Position numbers and translations under genes: made by a program. Positions 1 to 9,997 of a DNA stretch of 64,000 nt are shown here, in pieces (positions within the stretch are counted from its first letter, which is position 1; each line of letters begins with the position of its first letter). Where the stretch lies: assembly GCA_963781585.1 (NCBI GenBank), contig CAWAGQ010000009.1, positions 64,001 to 128,000 of the forward strand, read 5' to 3'. The DNA is from an uncultured Gemmatimonadaceae bacterium. GTDB lineage: Bacteria; Gemmatimonadota; Gemmatimonadetes; Gemmatimonadales; Gemmatimonadaceae. A model generated the notes under the pieces. It was not told the DNA's origin and did no database searches. It saw nothing but the letters and a program-made list of their open reading frames with translations.

Positions 1-624
1 GCGCGCACGACGATAGAATTTCTGCACCGTCCACGGACCGAGACCGGCGGTGGCGGCTCTGGGGAAGCGTACCGTGTCCCCGGCCAGGTCATACGCTTCT
101 CTCGCGACGATACCCGAGACCTGGTGCTGACCGTGGCCGTCGCGCGGGGTGCCGGTGAAGATTGCCACGATCACGTGGGGGCGGAACGCGCGGACCACGG
201 TAACCACGTCTTGCAGCACGGAATCATGCGGCCACTGTGCGAACGACTCGGCGGCCGACTTGGAGAAGCCGAAATCGTAGGCCCGGCTGAAGAACTGCCT
301 GCCACCGTCGATGCGACGGGCGGCCAGCAACTCCTCGGTGCGAATGGCGCCTAACGACTGGCCGAGTTCGTTGCCGATCAGGTTCTGACCGCCGTCTCCA
401 CGGGTGAGCGACAGGTACGCCGTTTCGACATGGCGGCCGGTGGCCAGCCACGCGATCAGCTGGTTGTCCTCGTCGTCGGGATGGGCGGCGATGACGAGCA
501 CGCGTCCGGACACCGAGAGACCGGACACCAGCTCACCGAGGGCGGCGGCGCCACGCTCCTGGGCCTTACCGGCGCGGCCGAAAACGAGGGAGCAGGCGAT
601 GGCAATGCAGATGCGTCTGTGCAT
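1..624 (-). CDS. PIG-L/LmbE family deacetylase with signal peptide; partial, runs off the window start
   Basis: Not in the ORF track; translated by hand from ATG at 624: MHRRICIAIACSLVFG...RVLVIAAHPDDED...YLSLTRGDGGQNLIGNELG...IRTEELLAARRIDG...AYDFGFSKS...GHGQHQ. Carries the HPDDE metal-binding motif and is open to position 1. Confidence 0.9.
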   Translation of the reverse strand, partial: MHRRICIAIACSLVFGRAGKAQERGAAALGELVSGLSVSGRVLVIAAHPDDEDNQLIAWLATGRHVETAYLSLTRGDGGQNLIGNELGQSLGAIRTEELLAARRIDGGRQFFSRAYDFGFSKSAAESFAQWPHDSVLQDVVTVVRAFRPHVIVAIFTGTPRDGHGQHQVSGIVAREAYDLAGDTVRFPRAATAGLGPWTVQKFYRRAR

Positions 625-627
625 GGT

Positions 628-693
628 GTCGAGTGAGCGTGCGTGAGCGACCGGCTGCGGGTCGAGTGAGCGTGCGTGAGCGACCGGCTGCGG
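628..693. repeat. Perfect 33-bp direct tandem duplication (GTCGAGTGAGCGTGCGTGAGCGACCGGCTGCGG x2)
   Basis: 628-660 is identical to 661-693; lies immediately upstream of the PIG-L start codon. Confidence 0.9.
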
Positions 694-798
694 GCGGTGA
701 CGTCCAAGGCATGGGGCCATGGGCGATCCAACCGGACCCCCATGGACCGCGAGCCCCCAGCCGCGACCGGTTGTTGTGCGACCTCCGGTGAAACGGGT

Positions 799-3552
799 TC
801 AGCGTCCGGCGCCGACCCGCGGAGGCCTGAATCCCGGAATATTCGGCGCGGCCAGCACATCCGCCACAATGCGTGCCTGTTCGGCCTGGTGCACCGTCAC
901 CGACCCTTCCGCCGGGCTGGCCCGCTCGGGGCGGCCGACGTAGCGGATGATCAGGGCGTTCCCCGCCGAGGCCCGCAGTCGCGGAGCAACGTAGCTCCAG
1001 GAACCCATGTTCTTGGGTTCCTCCTGCGCCCACACGATCTCCACCACGTTCGGATACGCGTCCACGACCCGCGACACCTCGTCATGCGGCCAGGGGTACA
1101 GCTCCTCCACACGCGCGACCGCGAGGTGCCTGGGCTTCTCTCCGGCGACCAACTCGTAGTAGAGTTTGCCGGTGCAGAAGACCAGCCGCGTGATGTCGTC
1201 GCGCGCCGGCACTGCGGGGTCGTCGATCACCTGCTGGAATCTCCCCTGCGTGAGGTCCTGGAGGCGTGAGGCCGCCGCCGAGAGCCGAAGCATCGACTTC
1301 GGCTGCATCAGAACCAACGGCCGGCGCACGGGCTCCCAGGCCTGGCGGCGCAGAATGTGAAAGTACTGCGCGGGCGACGTGGGATATGCAACGCGGATAT
1401 TCCCTTCGGCGCACAGCTGGAGGAATCGCTCCAGCCGCGCACTCGAATGCTCGGGGCCCTGCCCTTCGTAACCGTGCGGGAGGAGCAGCACCACCGAGGA
1501 GTCCTGTCCCCACTTCACGGTGTCGGCGGCGATGAACTGGTCGATGACCGGTTGCGCCATGTTGGCGAAGTCCCCGAACTGCGCTTCCCACAGCACCAGG
1601 GCGCCGGGGGTCGCAGTGCTGAAGCCATACTCGAAAGCCAGCACCGCCATTTCGGTGAGCGGACTGTTCCAGACCTCGAACCGGCCACTCGCATCAGGCA
1701 GGTGCTGGAGCGGCGTGTACGCAGCGCCGCTGTCGACGTCGTGGAGCACGGCGTGGCGGTGCGAGAAGGTGCCCCGTTCGGTGTCCTGACCGGTGAGTCG
1801 GACGTCGACCCCCTCGGCCAGCAGAGCTGCAAACGCGAGTGCTTCGGCATGTCCCCAGTCGATATCGGCGTCACCGTGCATGGCCGTGCGGCGCCGCTCG
1901 AGCTGGCGGGCCAGTCGCTCGTGGACGTGGAGATCGGACGGCCAGGTGAGCAGGCGCTCGTTGAGCGAGATCAGCAGCTCGGCGCGCACCGCGGTTTCAT
2001 GGGGGGGCGCCGCGTCGCCGGAACGCGCGCCGTCCGACTCGGGCTCCGGCTCGGGGTGCCGCGCGGCGTGGGCGGCTTCGAGTCGCGCCATCACCGTGCG
2101 TTCCTCCTCCTCGACGTCCTCCTGGGTGATGACGTTCTCGCGCACCAGCCGTTCGGCCCAGATCTGGCGTGCCGGCGGGTGCGCGCGAATGGCGGCGTAC
2201 AGCTTCGGCTGCGTGTAAGCGGGCTCGTCGCCCTCGTTATGCCCCCAGCGTCGGTATCCGACCAGGTCCACCAGGAAGTCCTTGCCGAACTGCTGCCGGT
2301 AGGCGATCCCCAGCCGGACCGCAGTGACGCACGCCTCCGGATCGTCCGCGTTCACGTGCACGATGGGTACTTCGAAGCCTTTCGCCAGATCGCTGGCGTA
2401 GTACGTGGAACGGCCGTCCGCCGGATTGGTTGTGAACCCGATCTGGTTGTTGCAGATGATGTGGAGGGTGCCGCCGACCCGGTAGGCGCGCAACCGCGAC
2501 AGATTGAGCGTCTCGGCTACCACGCCCTCTCCGGGGAACGAGGCGTCGCCGTGGACCAGGACGGGAAGGACCGCATTTTCGTCGCGTTCGGCGCCGGCGG
2601 CCGCGTAGTGCTGCTGCCGGGCGCGGGCCAGTCCGGTGAGGACCGGATTCACCACCTCGAGGTGGCTCGGATTCGGGAGCAGCGTAAGGCGCACGACGTG
2701 TCCGTCGCCCGGGGTGCGCTCGGCCTCGTAGCCGAGGTGGTACTTCACGTCGCCGGTTTCGCTCTCGTCCAGGTCGGCGTGCTTCCCCTCGAACTCGTCG
2801 AAAATGATGCCTAACGGCTTGCCGAGGATGTGCGCCAGCACGTTGATGCGTCCGCGATGGGCCATCCCGATCACCACTTCGCGGGTGCCGCCGAGGGCGG
2901 CATCGTGTATGGCCACGTCGAGCATCGGCACCAGCGCGTCCGTCCCTTCGATCGAGAAGCGCTTCACGTTCACGTAGGTGCGGTGAATGAAACGCTCCAG
3001 TCCGTCCACTTCGGTGAGCCGGCGCAGCAGCGCGCGCTTCTCGTCCGGCGTGAGGAATCGGCGCAACTCCTCGCCCTCGATGATGCGGCGGAACCAGTCG
3101 CGCTCGTCCTCGCTTTCCAGGTGCTCGAACTCGTATCCGAGGCGGGAGGTGTACAGGCGGCGCAGGCGGGCGGCGACATCGGCCGCGGTGCCCATGGCGA
3201 AGCCGAGGGCGGGCGCCGGCACCACGGCGAGGTCCTCTTCGGCGATGCCGTAAAACGCCGGCGCCAGCTCCGCCGCGCCGGTCGGGGCAGATCCCAGCGG
3301 GTCGAGCGGCACCTGAAAGTGTCCGTAGATGCGGATCGCCTCGATGAGCGCCGCCGCGCCGGCGACCCGGCGCAGGTAGGAGACATCGGCCGCGACCGTC
3401 GTGACCGGGGTCGCGCCGCCGGTCAGCATCTCGGCGAAGCGGAAATACTGGCGCCAGCTCTCGTCGACCGACGTCGGATCGCGCCGATACCGGTCGTACA
3501 GATCGGCGATGAATCCGTCGTTGTAGACGCCGGTCACAGGCGGTATGGACAT
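799..3552 (-). CDS. sucA: 2-oxoglutarate dehydrogenase E1 component
   Basis: 917 aa with KRFSIEG, GMAHRGRIN, GDVKYHLG, HGDASFPGEG, NNQIGFTT, GHNEGDEP, WEAQFGDF and HGYEGQGPEHSSARLERFLQL motifs. Confidence 0.97.
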   Translation of the reverse strand: MSIPPVTGVYNDGFIADLYDRYRRDPTSVDESWRQYFRFAEMLTGGATPVTTVAADVSYLRRVAGAAALIEAIRIYGHFQVPLDPLGSAPTGAAELAPAFYGIAEEDLAVVPAPALGFAMGTAADVAARLRRLYTSRLGYEFEHLESEDERDWFRRIIEGEELRRFLTPDEKRALLRRLTEVDGLERFIHRTYVNVKRFSIEGTDALVPMLDVAIHDAALGGTREVVIGMAHRGRINVLAHILGKPLGIIFDEFEGKHADLDESETGDVKYHLGYEAERTPGDGHVVRLTLLPNPSHLEVVNPVLTGLARARQQHYAAAGAERDENAVLPVLVHGDASFPGEGVVAETLNLSRLRAYRVGGTLHIICNNQIGFTTNPADGRSTYYASDLAKGFEVPIVHVNADDPEACVTAVRLGIAYRQQFGKDFLVDLVGYRRWGHNEGDEPAYTQPKLYAAIRAHPPARQIWAERLVRENVITQEDVEEEERTVMARLEAAHAARHPEPEPESDGARSGDAAPPHETAVRAELLISLNERLLTWPSDLHVHERLARQLERRRTAMHGDADIDWGHAEALAFAALLAEGVDVRLTGQDTERGTFSHRHAVLHDVDSGAAYTPLQHLPDASGRFEVWNSPLTEMAVLAFEYGFSTATPGALVLWEAQFGDFANMAQPVIDQFIAADTVKWGQDSSVVLLLPHGYEGQGPEHSSARLERFLQLCAEGNIRVAYPTSPAQYFHILRRQAWEPVRRPLVLMQPKSMLRLSAAASRLQDLTQGRFQQVIDDPAVPARDDITRLVFCTGKLYYELVAGEKPRHLAVARVEELYPWPHDEVSRVVDAYPNVVEIVWAQEEPKNMGSWSYVAPRLRASAGNALIIRYVGRPERASPAEGSVTVHQAEQARIVADVLAAPNIPGFRPPRVGAGR

Positions 3553-3561
3553 GAATGGAAT

Positions 3562-4734
3562 CTAAGCGGGAATGGACACCGGGAGATGGCCCACCAGGAA
3601 GTGCACGCGGATTCCGCCGTTCGAGGTGCGGAATCGCTCGAGCAGGGGCACGCGCAGTTGGGCATCGAGCCGCCGATCGGTGGAGAGGATGCCGATGTGC
3701 CAGCCGGCGAAGTTCCCGCGCAGCGAGGCACCGAAGTGCGCATAGAGCGCGCGCAACTCATCGCGTCGGCCCAGCCGAACGCCGTACGGCGGATTGGACA
3801 CCAGCCAGCCCGGGGTCGCCGCCGGCGGCACGATGGCGTTGGCGTCGTGGCGGCCGAAGACCACATCGTCTTCGACGTCCGCGCGCGCGGCATTGCCGTT
3901 GGCGGCACGCAGGGCCCATCCGCTCCGGTCAGTGCCGACAATCGGTGCCGAGGTGGAGGTCCGTTCTGCCTCACGCGCCCTGGCCCAGACGCCAGCCCAG
4001 AGGGCTTTGTCGAAGTCGGGCCAGTCCATGAATCGGAACCGGCGGTCGCGGCCCGGCGCGATCCGTCGCGCGAAGCGTGCCGCCTCGATCGGGATCGTCC
4101 CCGATCCACAGAACGGATCCAGGAGCGGCGTCGAACCGTCCCATCCGCTCGCCAGAAGCATCGCGCCGGCAAGGGTTTCCCGCAGTGGGGCCTGCGTCAC
4201 GGCGAGCCGGTATCCGCGGCGGTGGAGCGCCGCCCCGGAGGTATCCACGCTGATCGCACACTCATCGCGCTCGAGACGCACCACGAACAGCTGCGCTTCG
4301 TCTCCATCGTCATCGGGGGCGCTGCCGGCATCGCGTGTCTTCCTCGTGGGTGAGGCGCCGGTAGCGGCGCCGATGGCGTCGTAGATCCGCTCGGCGACCG
4401 CGTCGGAGTGGTACAGCCGTGACTTGTGGCAGGTCACGCGCAGGTGCACGCGGCCTTTTGAGGGAATGATCGACGCCCAGGGAAGGCGGCGGGCGCGGCG
4501 CTCGAGCTCCGCGAACGAGTCGGCATGGAAGCTCGCCAGTCGTACCAGGACGCGACTGGCGGAACGAAGGTGGAGATTGGCGGTGTACAGCACCTCACGA
4601 CCGGCCCGGAATTCCACGCCTCCGGTGATCGAATGCACGCGCGAGGCGCGGAGCAGGCGGAGCTCGGCGGCGACGATGGCCTCGAGGCCCGGCGCCGCGA
4701 CCGCGAAGGCGTCGTAGATGCTTGGGGAGTGCAC
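3562..4734 (-). CDS. THUMP-domain class I SAM-dependent RNA methyltransferase (RlmL N-terminal/YpsC-like)
   Basis: LHRRGYR, APLRETLAGAML, LDPFCGSGTIPIEAA and NPPYG motifs. Confidence 0.9.
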   Translation of the reverse strand: MHSPSIYDAFAVAAPGLEAIVAAELRLLRASRVHSITGGVEFRAGREVLYTANLHLRSASRVLVRLASFHADSFAELERRARRLPWASIIPSKGRVHLRVTCHKSRLYHSDAVAERIYDAIGAATGASPTRKTRDAGSAPDDDGDEAQLFVVRLERDECAISVDTSGAALHRRGYRLAVTQAPLRETLAGAMLLASGWDGSTPLLDPFCGSGTIPIEAARFARRIAPGRDRRFRFMDWPDFDKALWAGVWARAREAERTSTSAPIVGTDRSGWALRAANGNAARADVEDDVVFGRHDANAIVPPAATPGWLVSNPPYGVRLGRRDELRALYAHFGASLRGNFAGWHIGILSTDRRLDAQLRVPLLERFRTSNGGIRVHFLVGHLPVSIPA

Positions 4735-4769
4735 CGGCGAAGTGTAACGTCAGCGCAGGGGGAGTTCCC

Positions 4770-5366
4770 ATGGCACAACGTGGACGAACTGACGCGGCTC
4801 AGAGGGAGGGCAGTTCCCTTGCGACGCTGTCATCTCACTGGTTGCCGCGACGCTCCTGGCGCTCACGGTGGGTTCGCACCGCCGGGCGAGCTGCGACCGC
4901 GGCGGCATTGGTGGCCGGCACAGCAGGCTGCGGCGCGATCACCACCGCTGAGGAAGTAGCCGCGGATACCGTGTCGGCGCCGGGGATCGACGTCGTTGCC
5001 GACGGTGGGATCGCGGCGCTCCACACCATGGCACACATCGACAGTGCCACCGGCGCCGCGTACTGGGTGTTCCGGGCCATCTGCGCACCGGCAGTCAATT
5101 GCACCCCCAACGACTCCCTCAACGGCAAGGTGACGGGCAGCCTGGTCGAGAACCTGTATGAGCGCGCCGCGACACCGGAATTCCGCGCTCTGCGACGCGA
5201 CTATGGCGTCACCGTGGGCAGCGCCGACATGCGCGCCTATACGCTGATCATCCGCGCGAACGGGACGTCCCGGACGCTGCGGGCCGACGATGGAACCATG
5301 CCCACTCTGATGGCGCAGTTCGTGAACGATGTGACGCTCGCGGTCAACGACGTGGTGAGGCGTTAG
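4770..5366 (+). CDS. Hypothetical protein, probable lipoprotein
   Basis: SD-like GGGGAG before ATG 4770; hydrophobic stretch ending in a lipobox-like TAGC. Start is uncertain. Confidence 0.6.
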   Translation: MAQRGRTDAAQREGSSLATLSSHWLPRRSWRSRWVRTAGRAATAAALVAGTAGCGAITTAEEVAADTVSAPGIDVVADGGIAALHTMAHIDSATGAAYWVFRAICAPAVNCTPNDSLNGKVTGSLVENLYERAATPEFRALRRDYGVTVGSADMRAYTLIIRANGTSRTLRADDGTMPTLMAQFVNDVTLAVNDVVRR

Positions 5367-5377
5367 GTACCGGCGGA

Positions 5378-5458
5378 AATCGGGGTCAGCGTCGAACTGC
5401 CGGCAACGCCACCGGTAGTTCGACTCTGACCCCGATTCCGTACAATCGACTCTGACCC
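5378..5458. repeat. REP/REPIN-like element: 26-bp inverted repeat plus a third TCGACTCTGACCC copy
   Basis: AATCGGGGTCAGCGTCGAACTGCCGG (5378-5403) pairs with 5412-5437 at 24/26 positions around an 8-nt loop. An extra copy at about 5446-5458 is followed by a T-run. Confidence 0.75.
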
Positions 5459-5575
5459 GTTTTTTCTCCCTCCGAGGCCGCTGCGCGGCGCGCGTGCTAT
5501 AGTTGAATCGGGCCGGTCGGCCTTTGCCGCCCGGCCCGCGATTCGCCTCCTCCACCCATCCACGGGTTCGTCTCC

Positions 5576-7879
5576 ATGCCTGTTGCCGACACCTCCGAGC
5601 CCGGTCATCGCCCGTCGTACGGAGCGGCCGCGATCGCGGCCCTGCTCGTGTTCATCCTGTACGTCATCACGCTGGGGCCTTCCACGGCCATGTGGGACAC
5701 GAGCGAGTACATCGTGGCGGCGTACGTGCTGGGGTTGCCGCACCCACCCGGCAATCCGCTGTTCGTGCTGCTGGGCCACGTGTTCACCCTGCTTCCGTTC
5801 GGTGGCAGTCCGGCGGTCCGGGTCAATCTGCTGGCGGCCCTGTGCAGTGCCGTCTCAGCGGGTCTCTGGTTCCTGGTGGCGGAGCACGTGCTCGCACGCT
5901 GGCTCACCCATCGATGGCAGCGGATGGCCGGCGGCGGCCTGGCCGCGCTGCTGGGCGCCACGGCGTTCACCGTCTGGAGTCAGTCGGTGGTGAACGAGAA
6001 GGTGTACACGGTCGCGTTGCTGGGCGTCGCCCTGGTCTCCTGGCTCACAATTCGCTGGATGGACCAGCCCGATGGACGGCGCGGCGACCGCCTGCTTGTG
6101 CTCGTCGCGTACCTGCTGGGACTCGGTTACGCGAACCACATGGCGGGCTTCATCCCGGGACCCGCCGTTGCCACCGCGGTGCTCATTCGGCGTCCGGCCA
6201 CCTTGCGGCGCTGGCGTCTGCTCCTGGCGTGCGTCGGTGCACTGGTGCTCGGTCTCACCCCGTTCGCCACGCAGCCGATCCGGGCGGCGCACTTCCCCGC
6301 CGAGAACGAGGGGGAGCCTACCGGGTGTCGAACCGAATTCCACTGGAACTGCACGTTCAGCGCGCGAACGTGGGATGCATTCAAGTACAACTTCAATCGC
6401 GAACAATTCGGGAAGCCGTCGCTCCTGCAACGACAGGCGCCGATCACGGCGCAGGTCGGCATGTGGTGGACGTACTTCCGCTGGCAGTGGTTCCGCGACG
6501 CGTACGATCGTATGCCCGCAGTGCAGGCCGCGATGGCGGGATTTTTCCTGGTGCTCGGGCTCGTGGGCGCGTGGATACACTGGCAGCGCGACCGGCGCAG
6601 CTTCTGGTATTTCGGGCCGCTGATGGGGACCCTCACGCTGCTGCTGATCGTCTATCTGAACTTCAGGTACGGATACTCGCAGTCGCTCCAACTGGGGAGC
6701 GCGGTGCCGCGTGAAGTGCGCGATCGTGACTACTTCTACCTCTGGAGCTTCTCGGCCTGGAGTGTGTGGGCGGCGCTCGGACTGATGTTCGTCTGGGAGT
6801 CGATCGCCGAACTCGTCACCGGCCTGACTTCGCGGGTCAGCGGTGCGGCGCGGCCGCGGTGGCGCGGATGGGCCGTCGCGGCACCGGTGATCGCAGTTGC
6901 CTTCTTTCCACTCTTCGGCAACTGGTCCGTGGCCACCCGGCACCGCGATACGACCACCCGCGACTTCGCGCACGACATGCTCGATTCGGTGGAGCCGTAC
7001 GGCATCCTGGTGGTGGCCGGTGACAACGACACGTTTCCGCTCTGGTACGCGCAGGAAGTGGAAGGCATTCGCCGCGACGTGGTAGTGGCCAACACCGAAC
7101 TCCTGAACACCGACTGGTACGTGCGGCAGCTGATCAGGATGCCCGTCCGCGAGTACGATGAAGCGAAGGGTCCCGCGATCTACCGCGGGAAGGTCTGGTC
7201 GAGGCCATCGGGGCCGGTCCTGCACATGACGCTCGATGAGGCGGACACGATGCCGCTGATGTACCAGGTACAGGACACGTCGGTGTTCGTCGGACCGGGA
7301 GACATTCGGGCGACGATCACGCCGCGCGTGCTGACGAAGGCGGACGTCGCGGTGTTCCACCTGATCCAGGACAACCCCGATCGGCCGATTTACTTCGGGG
7401 TCACGACGGCCGACTACCCGCAGCAGCTGGGACTGGGCCCGTGGCTGGTGACCCAGGGTCTCGCCCGAAAGCTGGCGCAGCACCGTCCGGTCGCGACGCG
7501 CGACACGGTGCTCGTCGCGGGACAGGGCTTCGTGGACGTCGCGCGCAGCCGCGATCTCTGGCTGGAGGATTCACTGGGACCGCGATCGTTCGACCGGAAG
7601 GGCGGATGGCCCGACCGCGCTTCGCTCAACGTGCCGGTGAGCTATCTCGTCACGGGGCTGCTGCTCACCCAGGTGCTGCATTGGGTGGGGCAGGATTCGG
7701 CGGCCACGGCGGTCCTCGCGCAGTCGAAACGGATCGCCGAGGTCACGCGACTGGCCGATCAGATTGACTTCAAGTCGTACGAGACCCCGTCCCGAGCGCC
7801 CGTTCCGCCTGGCCTCGACTCCGACACCAGGCCAAGGGATTCGGTGCCGGTCGGGCGCGGTAGCCCGCGACAGCGCTGA
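5576..7879 (+). CDS. DUF2723 (TMEM260-like) polytopic membrane protein, putative GT-C glycosyltransferase
   Basis: WDTSEY, LPHPPGNPLF, EVRDRDYFY and GDNDTFPLWYAQEVEG motifs; many transmembrane segments. Confidence 0.85.
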   Translation: MPVADTSEPGHRPSYGAAAIAALLVFILYVITLGPSTAMWDTSEYIVAAYVLGLPHPPGNPLFVLLGHVFTLLPFGGSPAVRVNLLAALCSAVSAGLWFLVAEHVLARWLTHRWQRMAGGGLAALLGATAFTVWSQSVVNEKVYTVALLGVALVSWLTIRWMDQPDGRRGDRLLVLVAYLLGLGYANHMAGFIPGPAVATAVLIRRPATLRRWRLLLACVGALVLGLTPFATQPIRAAHFPAENEGEPTGCRTEFHWNCTFSARTWDAFKYNFNREQFGKPSLLQRQAPITAQVGMWWTYFRWQWFRDAYDRMPAVQAAMAGFFLVLGLVGAWIHWQRDRRSFWYFGPLMGTLTLLLIVYLNFRYGYSQSLQLGSAVPREVRDRDYFYLWSFSAWSVWAALGLMFVWESIAELVTGLTSRVSGAARPRWRGWAVAAPVIAVAFFPLFGNWSVATRHRDTTTRDFAHDMLDSVEPYGILVVAGDNDTFPLWYAQEVEGIRRDVVVANTELLNTDWYVRQLIRMPVREYDEAKGPAIYRGKVWSRPSGPVLHMTLDEADTMPLMYQVQDTSVFVGPGDIRATITPRVLTKADVAVFHLIQDNPDRPIYFGVTTADYPQQLGLGPWLVTQGLARKLAQHRPVATRDTVLVAGQGFVDVARSRDLWLEDSLGPRSFDRKGGWPDRASLNVPVSYLVTGLLLTQVLHWVGQDSAATAVLAQSKRIAEVTRLADQIDFKSYETPSRAPVPPGLDSDTRPRDSVPVGRGSPRQR

Positions 7880-7886
7880 CGGCGCG

Positions 7887-9401
7887 TCACCCCTCCACAA
7901 TCGTGCGGATGTCGTCATCGAGGTCGCGGGCGGCACGGCGCCGCGTCACGAACGACACCGCGACGAATACCAGCAGTGACGCCACCAGCGCCAGTGCGGT
8001 CGCGGTGACGCCGGCCGGAAACGTGAACACGCCGAAATGGGCCAGGCTCTCGAAGACGAGAGTCACGACGAGGCCGGTCGACATCGATGCGATTGCGCCG
8101 GACCGGGTACCGCCCGTCCAGTTCATGCCCACGGCCAGCGCCGGCACCAGCGTCGAGGCAAAGAGGCCCCAGCCGAAGATGCCGAGGAACGCAACCAGGG
8201 TGCGCGAGAGTGTGGCCACGAGGGCGGCGACGGCGGCAATGGCAATGGTTGCGACACGCCCCCACAGGAGCTCGTCGCGCACCCGGCGCCCGAGCGCAAC
8301 GGCGAGGTCGTGCGTCACCGCCGCGGCGCCGACGTTGAGAAACGAGTTCACGGTGCTCATGATCGCGGCCGCGACGCCGGCGAACACGATCGCCGCGAGG
8401 GCGAGCGGCGTGTAACCGATCAGGAAGAGCGGCGCGGCATCATCGGGGCGCGCCAGCGCCGGCAGTCCGCCGCGGGCAACCAGCGCCCGGACCACGATGC
8501 CGACGCCGATGAACAGGAGCTGCGCGACGACGATGGCGACCCCGCTGAGGAGGGGATACCACCTGAGCCGACGGGGATCGCGGATCATGTAGAACTTGTG
8601 CAGGACATGGGGTTGCCCGACCGCACCGACGCCGAAGACGAAGTAGAGAGACAGTGCGGCGAGGGGGGTCATTCTGCCCCACGGCGACAGGAAGGCCGGA
8701 TCGACCGGGACGATGGCTCCGGCCGCCCCGCCCAGGCTCGCGCCCACCCGTAACACGTAGGCGAATACCAGCAGCGACGCGACCGCCATGACCGTCCCCT
8801 GAAAGAGATCGGTGTAGACGCCGGCCTTGATGCCGCCCGATGCCGAGTAGGCCAGCGTCACCAGGGTGCCGATCCAGAGGCCTGGCGCGAGTCCGGTGCC
8901 GAAGACGCCGTCGATCACCACGCCTAACGCGAGGACATTGGTGGCCATGTAGCCGACCACCGCCACCAGAATCGCAACCGCCGCCAGTCCCTGCGCGGCG
9001 CGGGACCGATAGCGCGCACCGATCGCATCGGGAATGGTGAACACTCCGCGCGCGTCGGCGAGCAGGCGAAGCCGGGTCCCCAGCGTCCACCCCACCAGCG
9101 ACGACGTGACGGCCACCGGCAGCACGATGAAGGCGGCGCCGAGTCCCTCCGCATAGACGAGCCCCGGACCGCCGATGAACGAGAAGCCCGAGATGGTGGC
9201 CGCCATGGCGGCGATCGACATCGTCCAGATGCCGAGCTGCTTTCCCGCCAGGAAGAAGTCGCCGGCAGTGCGGGTACGCCGAGTGGCCCAGACCGCAATC
9301 GCGGCCACCACCGCAAAGTAGCCAAGCGAGACGCCCGCGATGACCGGTCGCGAAAGCGCCGGCAGCGTCGTCGCCTGGACGGCCAGAAGCCCGGTCAGCA
9401 C
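7887..9401 (-). CDS. Sodium:solute symporter (SSS family, PutP/PanF-like)
   Basis: DFFLAGK, SGFSFIGGPG, TIPDAIGARY, YTDLFQG, GQPHVL and AAIMSTVNS motifs; about 13 TM helices. Confidence 0.88.
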   Translation of the reverse strand: MLTGLLAVQATTLPALSRPVIAGVSLGYFAVVAAIAVWATRRTRTAGDFFLAGKQLGIWTMSIAAMAATISGFSFIGGPGLVYAEGLGAAFIVLPVAVTSSLVGWTLGTRLRLLADARGVFTIPDAIGARYRSRAAQGLAAVAILVAVVGYMATNVLALGVVIDGVFGTGLAPGLWIGTLVTLAYSASGGIKAGVYTDLFQGTVMAVASLLVFAYVLRVGASLGGAAGAIVPVDPAFLSPWGRMTPLAALSLYFVFGVGAVGQPHVLHKFYMIRDPRRLRWYPLLSGVAIVVAQLLFIGVGIVVRALVARGGLPALARPDDAAPLFLIGYTPLALAAIVFAGVAAAIMSTVNSFLNVGAAAVTHDLAVALGRRVRDELLWGRVATIAIAAVAALVATLSRTLVAFLGIFGWGLFASTLVPALAVGMNWTGGTRSGAIASMSTGLVVTLVFESLAHFGVFTFPAGVTATALALVASLLVFVAVSFVTRRRAARDLDDDIRTIVEG

Positions 9402-9471
9402 CGGCTCGGCGTATCCGCGCCGACGACCCGATCGCGGTCGGTCGGCAACGCGCTACCCGTCCGATCGCTGG

Positions 9472-9981
9472 TCATTCACGCGGACGCGCTGGTTCCTTCG
9501 GGGTGTCGCCCGCGGCATCCGTGGGAATCGACCGCGCATCAGGCACGTGGCGCATGACACGGTCCGGATCGAGGGGCGATGCGTCGAAGGTCCACGCGTA
9601 CCCGAGCGACACGAGCACCAGCAGCAGCGCCCCCGCGCCGTACATGACAATTGCGGACGGAAGCGGGAGACCGAGGGCTACGCGGGTTTCCGTCCGACCA
9701 CCGGAGGACCACAGCAGGCCGGCCGCGAAGGACGCCAGCAGCGCAAGGAATGTCCCGATGAACAGGCCCGTCATCGCACGCGACCGGCGCCCCGGGCGCA
9801 GCGCTCCCAGCGCCATCATGGACGTCACGAGACCGGCCACACCGACGGCCATCAACCAGGCGCCGACGCGCTCGCCGGCATCGCCGGCGAACGCGGACAG
9901 ACAGGCGGCGGCCACCAGCACTGTGGACAGCACCACCAGGCGGAACGGGTAGTGCGGTTCCGGCGTGAACGGAGGCCTCAT
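9472..9981 (-). CDS. Hypothetical membrane protein (about 4 TM)
   Basis: Hydrophobic segments; co-oriented between msrQ and the SSS symporter. Confidence 0.65.
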   Translation of the reverse strand: MRPPFTPEPHYPFRLVVLSTVLVAAACLSAFAGDAGERVGAWLMAVGVAGLVTSMMALGALRPGRRSRAMTGLFIGTFLALLASFAAGLLWSSGGRTETRVALGLPLPSAIVMYGAGALLLVLVSLGYAWTFDASPLDPDRVMRHVPDARSIPTDAAGDTPKEPARPRE

Positions 9982-9997
9982 GGGTGCGGGAACGCCG

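Noticed and set aside
799..3552. sucA without an adjacent sucB
   Set aside because: Split sucA/sucB arrangements are not rare and cannot be judged from one window.
1357..4353. Long antisense ORFs (e.g. 1357-2814 +, 2830-4353 +; also 33392-35107 +, 38126-39841 +, 51415-53457 -)
   Set aside because: Shadow ORFs opposite well-supported genes, typical of high-GC DNA; no protein motifs.
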